Shown here in pieces: positions 37,134 through 50,400 of a stretch of 64,000 bases of DNA (position 1 is its first letter; each line of letters begins with the position of its first letter). Below the pieces are notes generated by a model. That model searched no databases. It had not been told where the DNA came from and saw only the letters and a list, made by a program, of their open reading frames with translations. The stretch spans positions 11,842,001-11,906,000 of the forward strand of contig CATNEN010000007.1 in the NCBI GenBank assembly GCA_950097015.1, read 5' to 3'. The translations under genes were made by a program, and so were the position numbers. The stretch is from Macrostomum hystrix. Lineage: Eukaryota; Animalia; Platyhelminthes.

Positions 37134-39212
37134 CTAGTTCTCAGCAATGGGGCCGTCCTCCTCCTCTTCAGCTGCGTCAGGTTCAGCGGTGGCGTCCTGG
37201 TACTGCTGGTACTCGGACACCAGGTCGTTCATGTTGCTCTCGGCCTCCGTGAACTCCATCTCGTCCATGCCTTCTCCGGTGTACCAGTGCAGGAAAGCGC
37301 GGCGTTTGTACATGGCAGAGAACTGCGTGCCGATGCGTCTGAACAGCTCCTGGATGGCGGTACTGTTGCCAACGAACGTCACGGACATTTTCAGCCCCCT
37401 CGGTGGAATGTCACACACGGCGGTCTTGCAGTTGTTGGGAATCCACTCGACAAAGTAGGAACAGTTTTTGTTCTGCACTCCGGACATCTGCTCGTCCACC
37501 TCCTTCATGGAGACGCGTCCGCGAAACATGGCAGCCACAGTGAGGTAGCGGCCGTGGCGTGGGTCGCAGGCCGCCATCATATTCTTAGTGTCGAACATCT
37601 GCTGAATGAGCTCCGCAACAGTCAAAGCACGGTATTGTTGAGAACCGCGGCTGGTCAGCGGAGCGAAGCCGGGCATGAAGAAGTGCAGGCGGGGGAAGGG
37701 CACCATGTTCACAGCCAGCTTGCGCAGGTCGGCGTTCAGCTGGCCGGGGAAGCGCAGACTAGTGGTCACGCCGGACATGGTGGCGCTGACCAGGTGGTTG
37801 AGGTCGCCGTAGCTTGGGTTCGAAAGCTTCAGCGTGCGGAAGCAGATGTCGTAGAGGGCCTCATTGTCGATACAATAGGTCTCATCGGTGTTCTCCACCA
37901 GCTGGTGCACCGACAATGTGGCATTGTAGGGCTCCACCACTGTGTCTGACACCTGAACGAGGTTGGTAAAAGCGGTGCGGTTGAGAACAACTTTTGAGGC
38001 AACTGATACGAACTTTAAATTTTTTCATAGTTTTAAATATTCCTCTACGAGCCAACCATAATCTAGGACAACTATTTATTATTCAATTATGACCTAAATG
38101 TGCTCAAACGATCGTATGACCTAATGATCTATTTATCTAATGAATGATTGGTTGATCGAATCAACTTATTCAAAAGCCAAATCTTACCAATACGTACAAA
38201 TTTCTCAGATAGCTCAGGCAAAAAATCTCACCTTTGGCGATGGCACCACGCTGAAGGTGTTCATGATGCGGTCCGGGTACTCCTCCCTGATCTTGGAGAT
38301 CAGCAGGGTGCCCATACCGCTGCCGGTGCCGCCGCCCAGCGAGTGGGTGAGCTGAAAGCCCTGGAGGCAGTCGCAACCTTCGGCCTCCTTGCGGACCACA
38401 TCAAGCACGGAGTCCACCAGCTCGGCACCCTCGGTGTAATGACCCTTGGCCCAGTTGTTGCCAGCGCCGCTCTGGCCGAACACGAAGTTGTCCGGACGGA
38501 ACAGCTGGCCGAATGAGCCGGAGCGCACGGCGTCCATTGTGCCGGGCTCCAGGTCCACCAGCACGGACCGAGGCACATACTTACCACCGCTGGCCTCGTT
38601 ATAGTAGACGCTGGACCTGGCCAGCTGTATGTCAGGCGAGTCACCAGAGTAAGTGCCCGTGTTGTCGATGCCATGCTCGTCGGATATTACCTCCCAGAAC
38701 TGAAGAGGTTTTTGCGATCACGGAAGTAATAAAAACTTTGCTAGGTTGAGATAAAATGGGTGAATTAAGCTATATAGGGGTCATTTTGTTACTTATTGAG
38801 CAAAAATCTCAAATTATTTCTCTGATGTACCTTTTCTCGGTCTGTTGAGTAATTACCGACAAAAAGAACTACAGTCCTGCTTAATTAGCGTTACATTTCT
38901 GACAGGAGTACAGTGGATGTGAAGCCTTGCCTGACCTCGGATTAGTCCTGAAACTCGCGAGGTCATTTTCTAGATTAATTTAGGCCAACTGAAACTAAAT
39001 TATAATCGATGATTATCATTTTCAAGCGAAGTTATATTGACAGACTTGGTTGGCTCGCCTCATCAGAGAGCACTATGACACCTTGGACACCTAATTTGGT
39101 ACTAACTGGGGCAGCAGCGCGGTTTGCAGGCCAGTTGAATGAATAAATGACTCACCTTGCTGCCTATCTGGTTGCCGCACTGGCCCACCTGAAGGTGCAC
39201 AATCTCTCGCAT
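37134..39212 (-). CDS. TUBB: Beta-tubulin, divergent isotype, 3 exons
   Basis: Exons 39212-39156 ([19 protein letters not shown]), 38699-38232 and 37952-37134. Motifs [21 protein letters not shown] and [17 protein letters not shown], plus an acidic tail. Confidence 0.97.
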
Positions 39213-39287
39213 GGCTAGTCTTCTTTCACCGCGTTGCAAACTGATCACTTTGTCAGCAGCTTGCTACTAGTGTTAGGCGCCTTGAGC

Positions 39288-39720
39288 CTGCAAAGAAGCG
39301 AAATAGTCGCAGTTATACAAAATGCGTTATCATGAATAGTGAGACAACTGTGGCACTTTAATGACTGGCCACTGCCCGGGGTTGTTGGCTGTCTGGACCT
39401 GCAACTTCCCCTTCTCACGAGAATGAGCTGAATTCCCAAGTCTTGCCTAGAGCAGGGTATCAGGCGGCTTGGGTTCAGCACTACAGCTGCTGATCAGGCA
39501 CTCGATCACTGGAATTAAAGCATTGGAGAGCTTGAGCCGAGGAAGTTGGGAGAACAGGCTCAGCTGAGGATCGCTTCGCACCTGGCTAGCAGGGACAAAC
39601 GCCGCACACTCAGTGAAATAGGGAGGTGGGCTCTCAATTACCTTGTATCGAAGGACGGGCGCTCTCTCTTGCCGTTTGGACTGAGTTGCGGCAAAAGCAT
39701 TGCGCAAGGGTCTATATATG
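39288..39720 (-). promoter_or_regulatory. Putative TATA promoter and 5'-UTR intron of beta-tubulin
   Basis: TATATA at 39713-39718; minus-strand donor AAG|GTAATT at 39641; pyrimidine-rich acceptor TTCTTTTGCAG at 39288. Confidence 0.45.
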
Positions 39721-40437
39721 GTCTGCAGCAGCAGTCAGGTCTCTAGCGCGCACTTCAGCAAACAATTTGCAGCCATGACTAATGCGTAACTATACCCAAC
39801 TGTGTGCAGTCGAGTCCTGGCAAATTCAACAAGCCGGAAGCTCTGTGTGCAGCACTGAATCTCTATCTATACGCTGCAGCAGGGTGCAGAAGCTGCCGTA
39901 TACCTTGAGTCACTCAGGCATGAGCGGTTTGATGAAATGCTTCTGCAAATTGTTTTATTTTTATGACTGAATGCAGCCAGAGCTGCGACTGCTGCAAGCT
40001 GTATGTTTGGAAAATTGTTATTGCAATGCAGCAACTGGTTTGTGCGCAAATGCAGCAACGCCAGGGCCAGTAATTCGCACTGCATGAGCTGGCGCAGCGA
40101 TACTACATTGCTTCAAGAAAACCATAACGTTCAAGGTAAACGTTATAAGTAATATGCCAGAAAATAAATATCGATTGAATTCCGCGTTTTCTTCAGTTCT
40201 CTAGCTCTAGCTGCTCTAGCCCCACTAGATGCAATATGTTTGTGAAAGCACTTTTTCTTTAATTTAGTGGAGCAAGGTGGGATATAAGGCAAAAACTTGT
40301 TCTTGCTTAAACTACACAAGTTAGAAACACACAAGCCCTTTCTTAAACCTAATCTGAAACTCTTAAACCTATATCAGAGCACACAGCGCGTCCTTTATAG
40401 ATGTCATTTGCCTTATGTTGTAGAATGTTGCTACCAA

Positions 40438-41394
40438 TGTAGTAGTTGCCGCTACCGTAGGCGGTTCGCAGGCGTGGTAGCCGGGGTTCGGGTACAGACT
40501 GCCCAAAGCTTGCCGGGGATAAGGGATGGGAAGCGGCGACCCTCGAGGCGTTCAGACACTCCGAGCGGAAACGGAATGGGCTTGGAGCGTATAGACACTC
40601 GCTAAGCCCGGCACAGAAGGATGCGCGAGTGATTTGACTGCGAGCAGGTAGCCACTCGACAGCCCCAGAGAGAGGTGGATGACGATCTGGAGGCGTACCG
40701 ACGCTTCGCAGACTCGAGAGAAGACTCTGGAGGAGAAAGATGATGATGATGAGCTTTGGAAGTAGCAGATGTCGGGTAGATGAACAAGTTTGGAGTACGG
40801 ACAAATACGAGCTAAATAACTCGTTAAAGCTTTTCTTACCGGGAGGGATCGAACGCTGCACTCATATCAATCGAAGTGTCTCAGGCTGCGTAATGTATTC
40901 TATAACAATCGTTCGCGCCTAACCTCCTATTTAAGCTATTGCTCTAATTCGAGACAGCGTTCTCAAGGCAGTACTCGGGCGGAGGTGCGCGGGCGAGCTG
41001 GCCACGGGCAGCGCGCGCGAATAAATAACAGCGTGGGGTGGGGGCGAGAGCATAGAGCTGGACGGGGCAGAGCGGAGCCACGCAGGGCTGGGGGTGGGGT
41101 TAAGCCACGCAGGGCTGGGGGTGGGGGCAAAACTCACAGGGTCGAGAGCCGAGAGAGAGAGAGCAAAGGAGGAAGGCTAGCCAATCGGAAGTCTCCTTGG
41201 CGAGAGACCTGATTGGGCTAGCCCCCCAAAGCGAAGACGGCGCAGGGGGCAGCCAATGGGCGAGTGAAAAACAACGAAAAGGAGGATGGGCTAATACGGG
41301 GCCGGGTAGAACTGGATTGAGCAGGTGACTGGGGTGGAAGGGTTAGAGAACGCAGGGGTCGGGGCAAGGGCATTGTGAGACGCAGCTCACAACA
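40438..41394 (-). repeat. LTR of the Gypsy element, about 0.96 kb
   Basis: On the minus strand, polypurine tract GGGGAAGGG is followed by TGTTGTG (41394) and the LTR ends ...CTACTACA (40438). Confidence 0.7.
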
Positions 41395-44300
41395 CCCTTC
41401 CCCACAAAAAAGACTGAAGCGCCATGAAAAGCACGATAGCAATGATAATAGTGTCAAAAATACATTCAAACACAACACGGACGTAGACGAAAAGCAGAAC
41501 TAACAGTTTAACTACGAATATCAAGTAACAATGAAACATACGCCGCACGCCAAGGAACAATTAGCAAATAATTGAGGCATAAGGACATATCGGATAGAAA
41601 TTTTCAGTTTATGCGAGTTATGCGCGGCCGATATAGGTAGTCTGACAGTAGTGCCTCGATGTGCTTGATGTGCCTGCCAGCTCGGATCATCTACTGGTCT
41701 CACTAAGGCATCACCAGATCAACAGGCCGTTCGTCACCAGCTCGAGGTCCGCACCAGGCCGGTCATCGTTAGGTGAATATCATCATCAGGCACTTCGCTG
41801 ACGGCACTTTTGCAGACGCAAACTTTTTCTCCATTTTTTGCTTGGGGTCATTCCCGGTAATCATACGGTATGGGAAAACGACAAAAATAACGAAACGAAA
41901 TTAATTAATGATGATAAGAAGAGGCATGATGGAAGAAGGGGCCACGGCAAGCCTAGACATCCGTTCCGTCACCCCGCTACACGGCCGCCCAAGCCATACT
42001 ACGCAGCAGCCCTAGCAGACGTCCTCCATTGAGCAGCTCAAACGTCGGGATCGCGACACTCGCGATAAACTTGGCGCTGCGTTCGAAGGCCTGCCGCTGC
42101 CAGGTTCGCTTGGCGTGCCCGTGGTACTGTTTGCTGACGTCTCGACTGATGAACATCAGGACCTGGGTCAGAAGCACCGTGATTTCTGTCCGATGATCCC
42201 GCCGCTCCAAGTGGCACAGCGCGGCTATTTTTACCAGTGTGCGGAACGTGGCGGCTGAACTTCTTTGTAGGATATTGCGCTGGGTTCGCTTTCTTAAGCG
42301 CAGCTTCTCCCGAGCTGCATCGCAAACCCAAGGCTCTTCTTCCGACCCGCTGGAGTCCGTCGCGCAGGCCACAGCTGAAACCACTGCTGGTCCGACCTCA
42401 GATGTTCGAATAGCTGGCGATATGGATGCAAGCTAGGCTAGTCGGGAGATTGATGACGGAAATGATGGCAGCGGCCAAATGATGACGCATTGCAGACGCA
42501 TTGATGATTAATTGATGACGCATTTGTGGTGAATTGATAACAAATTTCTTCATAACTCAGCATCGGCTTCGTTCGGCCGAGCCTCAGTGTTAACCGGCTT
42601 AGTAGTAAACGGGCGCTCCGTAGCGTTGTGTGGCTCGGCGGTGTCGCCGTGGTCGCTGGCCGGCTGGATCAGGATCCAGATCTGGGGCATCCGGTTGCAC
42701 ATACTCCGGCTCCTCGGCTTGCACTGGTGCTCGGCGCCGCCACTGATATCCAGTTTCCATTAGCTCTTCTTGCTCTTCTTCGTCTTGCTCGTCTTGATTC
42801 TCATCTACCTGCCCAGCCTCCTCCTCCGGTTGCGGTACGCGACGAGCGCGCTGCTTCCGTCCAGCGTTGTCTTCGGATTCCTTCTTGTATCCGAATCCAA
42901 CCCATTGTTAAAGTGAACGACTTTAGTGGGCTTCCTTCTTCCCTCCTGGCGAATTCGGTAACGAGTCTCCGTCAGCCTGTCCAGAAAAACACATGGTCCC
43001 GTCCAGGGGGAGTGAAACTTGGACTTGGCTCCTGGTTTCAGCACTGGGTCATAGACATGGACCTCATCGCCTATCTCCAATTCGCGTCCTCTAACCTGGC
43101 GGTCATACCAATCCTTTTGAACTCGTTGGTACGACCTTGCCTTTTCCCGCACTTCTTGATGGGCTGCTTCTAGAGTCTCACGCAGGCGGTGCACTTCTTC
43201 GCAGTATGGTTCGACATCAGGCGGGCGCGTCGCACCAAGGTCCACAGGTAGACTCATCTCCCGCCCATGCAGCAGGAAAAACTGTGTGTACCCGGTGCCT
43301 CGATGTACACTGGAGCGGTACGCCAAGAGTGCCGGTGCTACGAAATCATCCCATCGGCTCTGATCCGGTTCATTGGCTAGGTTAGCACGAATTACCGTTG
43401 CCAGCGTCTTGTTGAAGCTTTCCACTTGGCCGTTGCCCGAAGGGTGATAGGTGGTCGTGCGAGTCTTCCTAACTTTAAACTAGTACAAAGATGGCTGATC
43501 AGCTGTGACTCAAAGTTGGCTCCTTGGTCGGAATGAATCGTTCCTGGAGCTCCATAGTGACAAACCCACTCTTCGAACATCGCTTTCGCGCAGGTGCTAG
43601 CCAACTGATCCGGGATTGGAATCGCGACAGGCCATTTACTTTAGGCATCTTGTATCGTCAGGACATACTTGTTGCCTCTTCTGCTAGTTGGAAGCGGTCC
43701 AACTAAATCTACCATGACCTTCTCGAATACCTGGCTGCTCGAAATTGGTGTTAGGGGAGCTTTTCGACGCATCCGCGGCTTGCTTCGATTACAGTCGTCG
43801 CATCGACGAATGTACTCTTCGACTTCTCTCTTGAGTCCGGGTTTCCTAAACCGACTCTTGATCTTATCTAAGGTCTTGGCGATTCCAAAGTGCCCTCCTT
43901 CAGGTCCAGCGTGCAGTGCTTTCAGAACTTCGACGACTAGACTTTTCGGCAGCACTGGTCGCGCGGGTTGTCGACCGAGTTCTCGAATGACGAGCACACC
44001 GTCTCGCAGCTCCAAATGAGACTTCTGTGCTCAAATGGCTCTAGTTTTCGGTGAGGTTCCTTGCGGCACCTGGTCCGGTACAATTCCCCTCCGGAAAGCG
44101 CCGAGTACCGGCTCGATGTCGCCGTCTGCCTGCTGTGCCGCTTCGAGATCCTCCTTGTTAACGACTCCCAACAGGGAAGTCGCCCGGACTTCTAGCGGCT
44201 TCGGCGGTTTGCACGATGGGCAGCTTTCCATCTCCTGAAGCTTCCGCGTCGGTTTGCGTGACAATGAGTCGGCATTCGGCATTCTGTCGGCATTTCGGTC

Positions 44301-46300
44301 ACTGAGAAGTTGAATGGCGCCAATCTCTCCATCCATCGAGCTAGCTGTCCTTCAGGTTGCTTCATACTTCTAATCCATTGTAGGCTGGAGTGGTCGGTTC
44401 TGATGTGAAATCGTCGGCCTAGGAGATAATAGCGGAACTTTTCTACGAAAGTCACTAGTGCGAGCAGCTGTATGCGAGTAGTACAGTAGTTAAACTCAGC
44501 ACCGTGCAACCGTCAGCTGCCGTAGGCGATAACTCGCTCGGTACCATCCTTTTGCACTTGAGACAGGACAGCGCCAAGCCCTTGCCGGGGGCTTCCATCC
44601 GTATCCAAAATGAACTCTCCGGCATCAGCGTCGAAGTTTGGGTAGGCCATGACGCGATATCCGACGAGCTCGCTCTTGAGATGTTCGAATGTTCCATCGT
44701 GCTCATGGCCCCAGATGAATTTTTTGTCCTTTTTAGTGAGGTCGAACAGTGGTGCTATATGAAATCAAGAGAACTGCGGTATGAAGTTCCTGTAGTAGCC
44801 AGCGAGGCCTAGGAAGGACTGGAGCTCCTTGATGTTTCGGGGCGTGCTCCATTTCTCTACTTCCTCAATTTTTTCTGGGTCGGTGTCGATACCCGCTGCT
44901 GACACTACGTGTCCCAAGAATTTAACTTGATCTGCCAAAAATCTACACTTGGATGGCTTCAGCTTTAAATTGGCTGCTCTTAGTCGATGCAGGACTGCCT
45001 CCAGGTGATTGAAGTGCTCGCTGACTGTCTTCGACCAGATTATAATGTCATCGATGTACACCCACGCTGTTTTCCAGAGGAGGTCGTGCAGCACCATGCT
45101 CATCAGTCTGGTGAATGTTGCCGGTGCATTGGTCAGGCCAAATGGAAGAACCTTAAAAGCGAACTGACCTCGGTGCGGAATGACGAATGCTGTCTTATGT
45201 TGGTCTTATTTCTTAACTGCGACCTGCCAGTAGCCGGAAAAAAAGGTCTAGAGTCGAGAAAACCACAGCGCCCTTCAGTGCTTCTAGAGCGTCGTCAACG
45301 CGCGGAATGGCAATCACATCCTTGACTGTACGATTGTTTAATTCTCGGTAGTCAACACACAGACGAAGTTCACCATCCTTCTTTCTGACGCACACGATGG
45401 GTGAACTCCATGGTGACTGTGTCGGTTCGATCTTGTCCGTCGCAAGCAGTTCGTCGATCTGCCGATCCACCTCCCCTCGCCAGTGGGGTGGGAGCCGTCT
45501 TGGAGCTTGTTAGACGGGGTCTCCTTTCGTTTCGATTTCGTGTTGAACTACTTCGGTTGTGCGAAGCTGCGCGGTGCTCTCCACTAAGACATCAGAGAAT
45601 TCGCTAACGAGCTTTAGGAATCTGGACTTGTCGACTTCAATTAAGTGCTTGGATCCATGCTCGTTCAATGCTGCTTCCGGGTCCCATCGCTCGCTACTTT
45701 TAACTTTAGTTTTTGCAACTGGGACTCCTTCATCAACGCTGACAGCCAGCACATCTTGAGTCGGTTCTGCCGGACGGAACCAGCCGATGGTAGAGCCCTT
45801 GGGCAGAAGCAGTTCCGTGTCGGTGACGTTAGCGAAGCGCACCGGCAGGGTGTTCCCAGCTTGAATGATGCACATGCTTCTGGCCATCAGAGGCTGTTCG
45901 TCGCTTCTCGTTCGATTGTCGGGCTCAGCTAGTCCTAGCACTCCAGAATTCTGAGTAGCCGTCTTGCGAATCTTGGCTGAGACCGTCATCTCGTGGTTAG
46001 CCGGTATGACAATATTCTCGTTTAAATACAGCCGACACACCACTGGTTTGTGTTTGGTCTCGCGAATCGGAATTTTTGAGCCATTGACGATGAAGACTCC
46101 TTCGGCGAAGTTAACAGGCATCCATGGCGACGCAGAAAGTCGGTGCCTAGCAGCAGCTCGTAACCGACTCCTTGGACAACAGCTATGGGAGTGTGCAGCA
46201 CCTCATGACCCATCTGTAGAGGCAGCGAGACGCATCCCAGAACTTTCATTTAGGTTAGCTATTCGCAAGATTCAAAGTTGACCATAAGCTTAAGATCATG
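40438..46300 (-). mobile_element. 5'-truncated, frameshifted Ty3/Gypsy LTR retrotransposon (protease, RT, RNase H, integrase, 3' LTR)
   Basis: LLGTDFL (protease); SPWSSPIVCVRKKDGELRLCVDYRELN and YIDD (RT); TDHSSLQW (RNase H); LHAGPEGGHFG..C..C, HSDQGANFES and SPWTGP (integrase). Confidence 0.93.
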
Positions 46301-47463
46301 GAAGCCTCGTACATCAGATTGCACAAACCCGGCTTGAATGTGCAGCTTGCAGGCAGTGGGTTGAGCAGGAGCTCAGAGTACTCTGATCGAACAGTGCCTA
46401 GCGTCTCTCTTCTCCTCTCTCTCTCGGTTTATGGTAATTGGAACCCTGTCCGGAACGAATTGAACCGACTATGGACAGTACATATTTTTCTGTTAAATAT
46501 ACTGGTGATACAAAGCGTTGTGCACTCTATATTAAGTTTGCCCCGAAGAAGTCAGTTTGACGAACGCGTTGGCAACACAATCTATATGTTTTTGTTGGCA
46601 TTTAGTTCCCTACTAATTATAATTCGGACTTTAACTTTTCTGTCAACCTGTATTTCCCAATCACTTTTAACTCATGCTCCATGAGTGCGTTTTATTAAAC
46701 TAATTTGATTTGTGTAGATCCCGTGAAAATATTCGACTTTAGCGCTGATAGCATTTGAAAATACTTTAGCGCTGATCTAAAATCATCTTTAAAAGTAAAA
46801 TTAAAACAAAAAAATTCAGCATTTTAGCTATTAGCTAATTTAAAGAAATAAAGATAGCGAAAAATGCCTAATAAGACAGTTTAAAACTCTTTTCGATTTT
46901 TAAAGGTTCGTTCTTTTAACATTTTTAACTAATATAATTGTGTCCGAAATTCAAAGGCATCAGCTACTTTCCATCTAGTCCTTATTAATCGAGTTTTTTT
47001 AATTATCAAGTACTTTCTCGTCTATTCGAACAAGTAATATTATAGCGTTTTAAGTTCCGCATCAGTTAACTATATACATTTATAGGCATATTATATAATT
47101 ATAGTTATTATACGATAGCTAACTCTTTAGCAGTGTCTATTTCGAATCAGTGCAGTTTCATATTCAGTTGCTACGTTCACTTATTTCGATAAAGGCTTAA
47201 GCCTTCTTTTTTGTTTTAGGTAGTAAGCTCGTCTAGCTTGCCTTATACTTAGAGTAAGCCTAGCTAGCTTTAATAAGAAACTAGGTCCTTTATCTTAATG
47301 CAAAATATAAGTTGAATATTTTAGAGAGAGCCAGCCTGTTGCTTGTTGAATGAATGCATTTTGATTTTAAAACGAAAAAAACCTGTCTAAGACCTCACCC
47401 CTGAGATTTCACTATCAATTGGGCAACAAAATACACGCGATAGCCAACAGTTTTAAAGAAGCC

Positions 47464-50400
47464 ATGAGCATTGTAACTATAGGACCAAAGCAGCTACCAG
47501 ATGAATGTGCAGACTGTGGAAATAATAGTAAGTTTTCTCTTAAATAAAAAAGCAATATTACAATTTAAATATATATTTAAATATAGTCAAAATTTGTAAA
47601 TTCTAAACCATTTTTTATTTATGGTCTACCCTTTTGTTTTTTTTGCTTTTAAATTTTCACTTTGGGAATTACATAAGCACACATTAGTTTTGAGTCTTGG
47701 AAGTGTACAATAAATGTTCATTGGAAAGAGTACAGATAATATACAGATAGATACAGCTAAATTTATTGTTAAAGCTTTTTGTAGTTATTATTTGGCCTAT
47801 ATAATATATATATATATGTTTTTCTTAACAAATCAAGTTATTAGAAAAAACAATAGTTGCTAAATAGTATCTTTATCTAGCTGATCCTCATATTAGATTA
47901 CACTAGATTAGATTAGATTAGAGACAAAAATAAAAAAGCGAATGATTTAATTTCTCAATAGGTTTATAGTTTAAACCTTATGGGAATAAATGTCAAAACA
48001 TGTATCCTATTGGAATAAATATAGATAACCCGTGGATGCCTGACAAATGGTCTAAAATTAGGATCCTAGACACTTCATCATCTTACAACTTCGTCATCTA
48101 CTTGGAAGGTAGGGCGCTTCGTCATCCAGCCAATTGGCATACTTTAAAGTTTGGTCAGTTTGTCATCTACTAATAACAAGCAGTCAAGTTCGTCATCAAT
48201 AAAGTGAGGGTGGGTGGTGGGGCAGAGGTGTGAACACACTTCACACTCTAAACTGTCAAAAAGAGGTGTCAAAACTGATTTCATTATACAAGTTGAAAGA
48301 TAGGTGCCAACATGATGTGAGGAGGGGTGGGGAGGGGTGTTTCTGTTCTAACTTTGAAAACTTTTGTTTTATAGATGATGAAGTGTCTACAAGTCTAAGT
48401 CTCTTTGTCATCCACCCTCTAAGATATTGGACAGATTGTTATCTGGATGACGAAGTTGTAAGATGACAAAGTGTCCAGGTACATAAGATTATAGCTAAAA
48501 AATGGACATGACACAGAATATGTTAAGCTTGGTGTCAACCCTAAAATGTTATTTACAGTGCCATGTCTACATTGTATTGGTCACAACATTGCCTGCCTTG
48601 ACTCCACAGTGAGGCGACAACAGAAATATGATGGATGGTCAGATGCCATTTGTCTACTTATTCCAGTAGGGAACCTGCAGATGCGCACTTTAGAATTAAG
48701 AAAGGATAAACAAACAAATAACAGTGGCTAATTAAGAACAGTATCTTTTCAATTTATAGAATGTCTAGTCATATAGATTAAAAAAGTCTTTACACTACTA
48801 AATAAATTCTTGAAATGCTTTGATGGCAATGTTTTCTATCAATTTAGTTAGTGATTATGTAATTTTATTTACTTTGCTTTCTCATTTTTCACTCTAGCCT
48901 TTTGATAGTGCAGTGGAATTGTACTCCCACCTCCACTTTAGCTATGGTGAAGATTGGACATTAAAAGAGTGTGGAAAGCCAGTCAGGCTTGAGTGTTTTG
49001 TGTTGTGTTGGTTTGAGATCTGGAGCTCATGTTTGAGCACCACATTGACTAGCCATCAATTTTTCATTGTTGCTACAGTACTTCAGGCTTGTGAAATGAT
49101 CAAGGCAACGAATACATAGCTTTGACCAAATGGATCATAAAGTAAAGTAAAGCCAAAGAGTAGCTAGAGACACAATATTTACCTCCAGTAGTTGAGTTAC
49201 CTAATAAATTAATAAATTCTATACATGCCTGTAAATTCAGGAAACTAATTCTGTTGTTATATTCCTGTACTAACTTGGCCTACTTTACAAACTACAAAAT
49301 CCCACCAGACCCATCCTGGGCCTCGCTGAACTGCTGTGTGCTGCTGTGCAATGACTGCAGCTCAGTCCACAGGAGCCTTGGCCGCCACATATCTCAGGTG
49401 AAGTCGCTCACCCATCACAGATGGCGCGATACCCAGCTAAAGGTGAGAATTTTCTCTACTTCCTATCCGACCCCGTTGCTGCCTACAGCCATGCCGATTA
49501 TATCAGATCTGAAAAAAACTATTGCAGATGGTCAGACAGGTGGTGGCTGGCGGCTCCAACATATTCTGGGAGTACTCAATCCTTGAGAAGCAGCGCGGCA
49601 AGGACAGCGTCAAGAAGCCACGACCAGGCGATCCAGTGCAGTGAGTTCTGTCGCTTTAGGCTTGACCCAATCCAGCGTTATCGTGTTCAAAGTGCAGTTG
49701 AACATGAGTTGCAATTGTTTATTGGTTCATGACTGACGCCACTTGCCCAATCCAACTAATGCCACAGCCCCACCAAGTCAGACTTCATCAAGCGCAAATA
49801 CGAGCAGCAGGCCTTCTGCAAGCGCTACGCTGGTAAGGACGCCGAGGCGGAGGCCTCGGACGCCAGCCAGCAGCTGCACGCCAGCGCCCGGACGCCCAAC
49901 GTTGAGACCTCGTTCCGCCTGCTGGCCAGAGGTGCCGATCCCAACTACCTGCACCTGGAGAAGGGCAGCTCCGCGCTGCACGTGGCCGCACAGGAGCGCC
50001 AGCCTCTGCAGGCCGAGCTGTTGCTGGTGTTCGGCGCCGATCCTGAGCTGCGCGACTCCGCCGGCCGCACCGCTCTTGACTTGGCCGAAGCTCCCAGTCC
50101 GCTGCCGGAGCTGACGCTGCTGCTGGTAGAGGCTCGCTTCGAACTGTCGGACCGCTTTGCCGAATTTCTGGTTGGCCGGGTGCCCGATCATCGTGCCGCT
50201 GCAGCTCCGAGCGGCCACTTCTTGCTGCCGCCGCCGTCAGCCAGGCTTTCCTCCGAAGTTGGCGACAACGGTGATGCTCGACTTCGCTTGGCAGCCCTGC
50301 CACCTTCGGCATTCCAGGTTGGTTTGCTTAAAAATTGTCCGCTTTGATTTGCCACTTCGATCTTACCCCGAGAGACTAAAAAATCATCTAGCTCTGCCGC

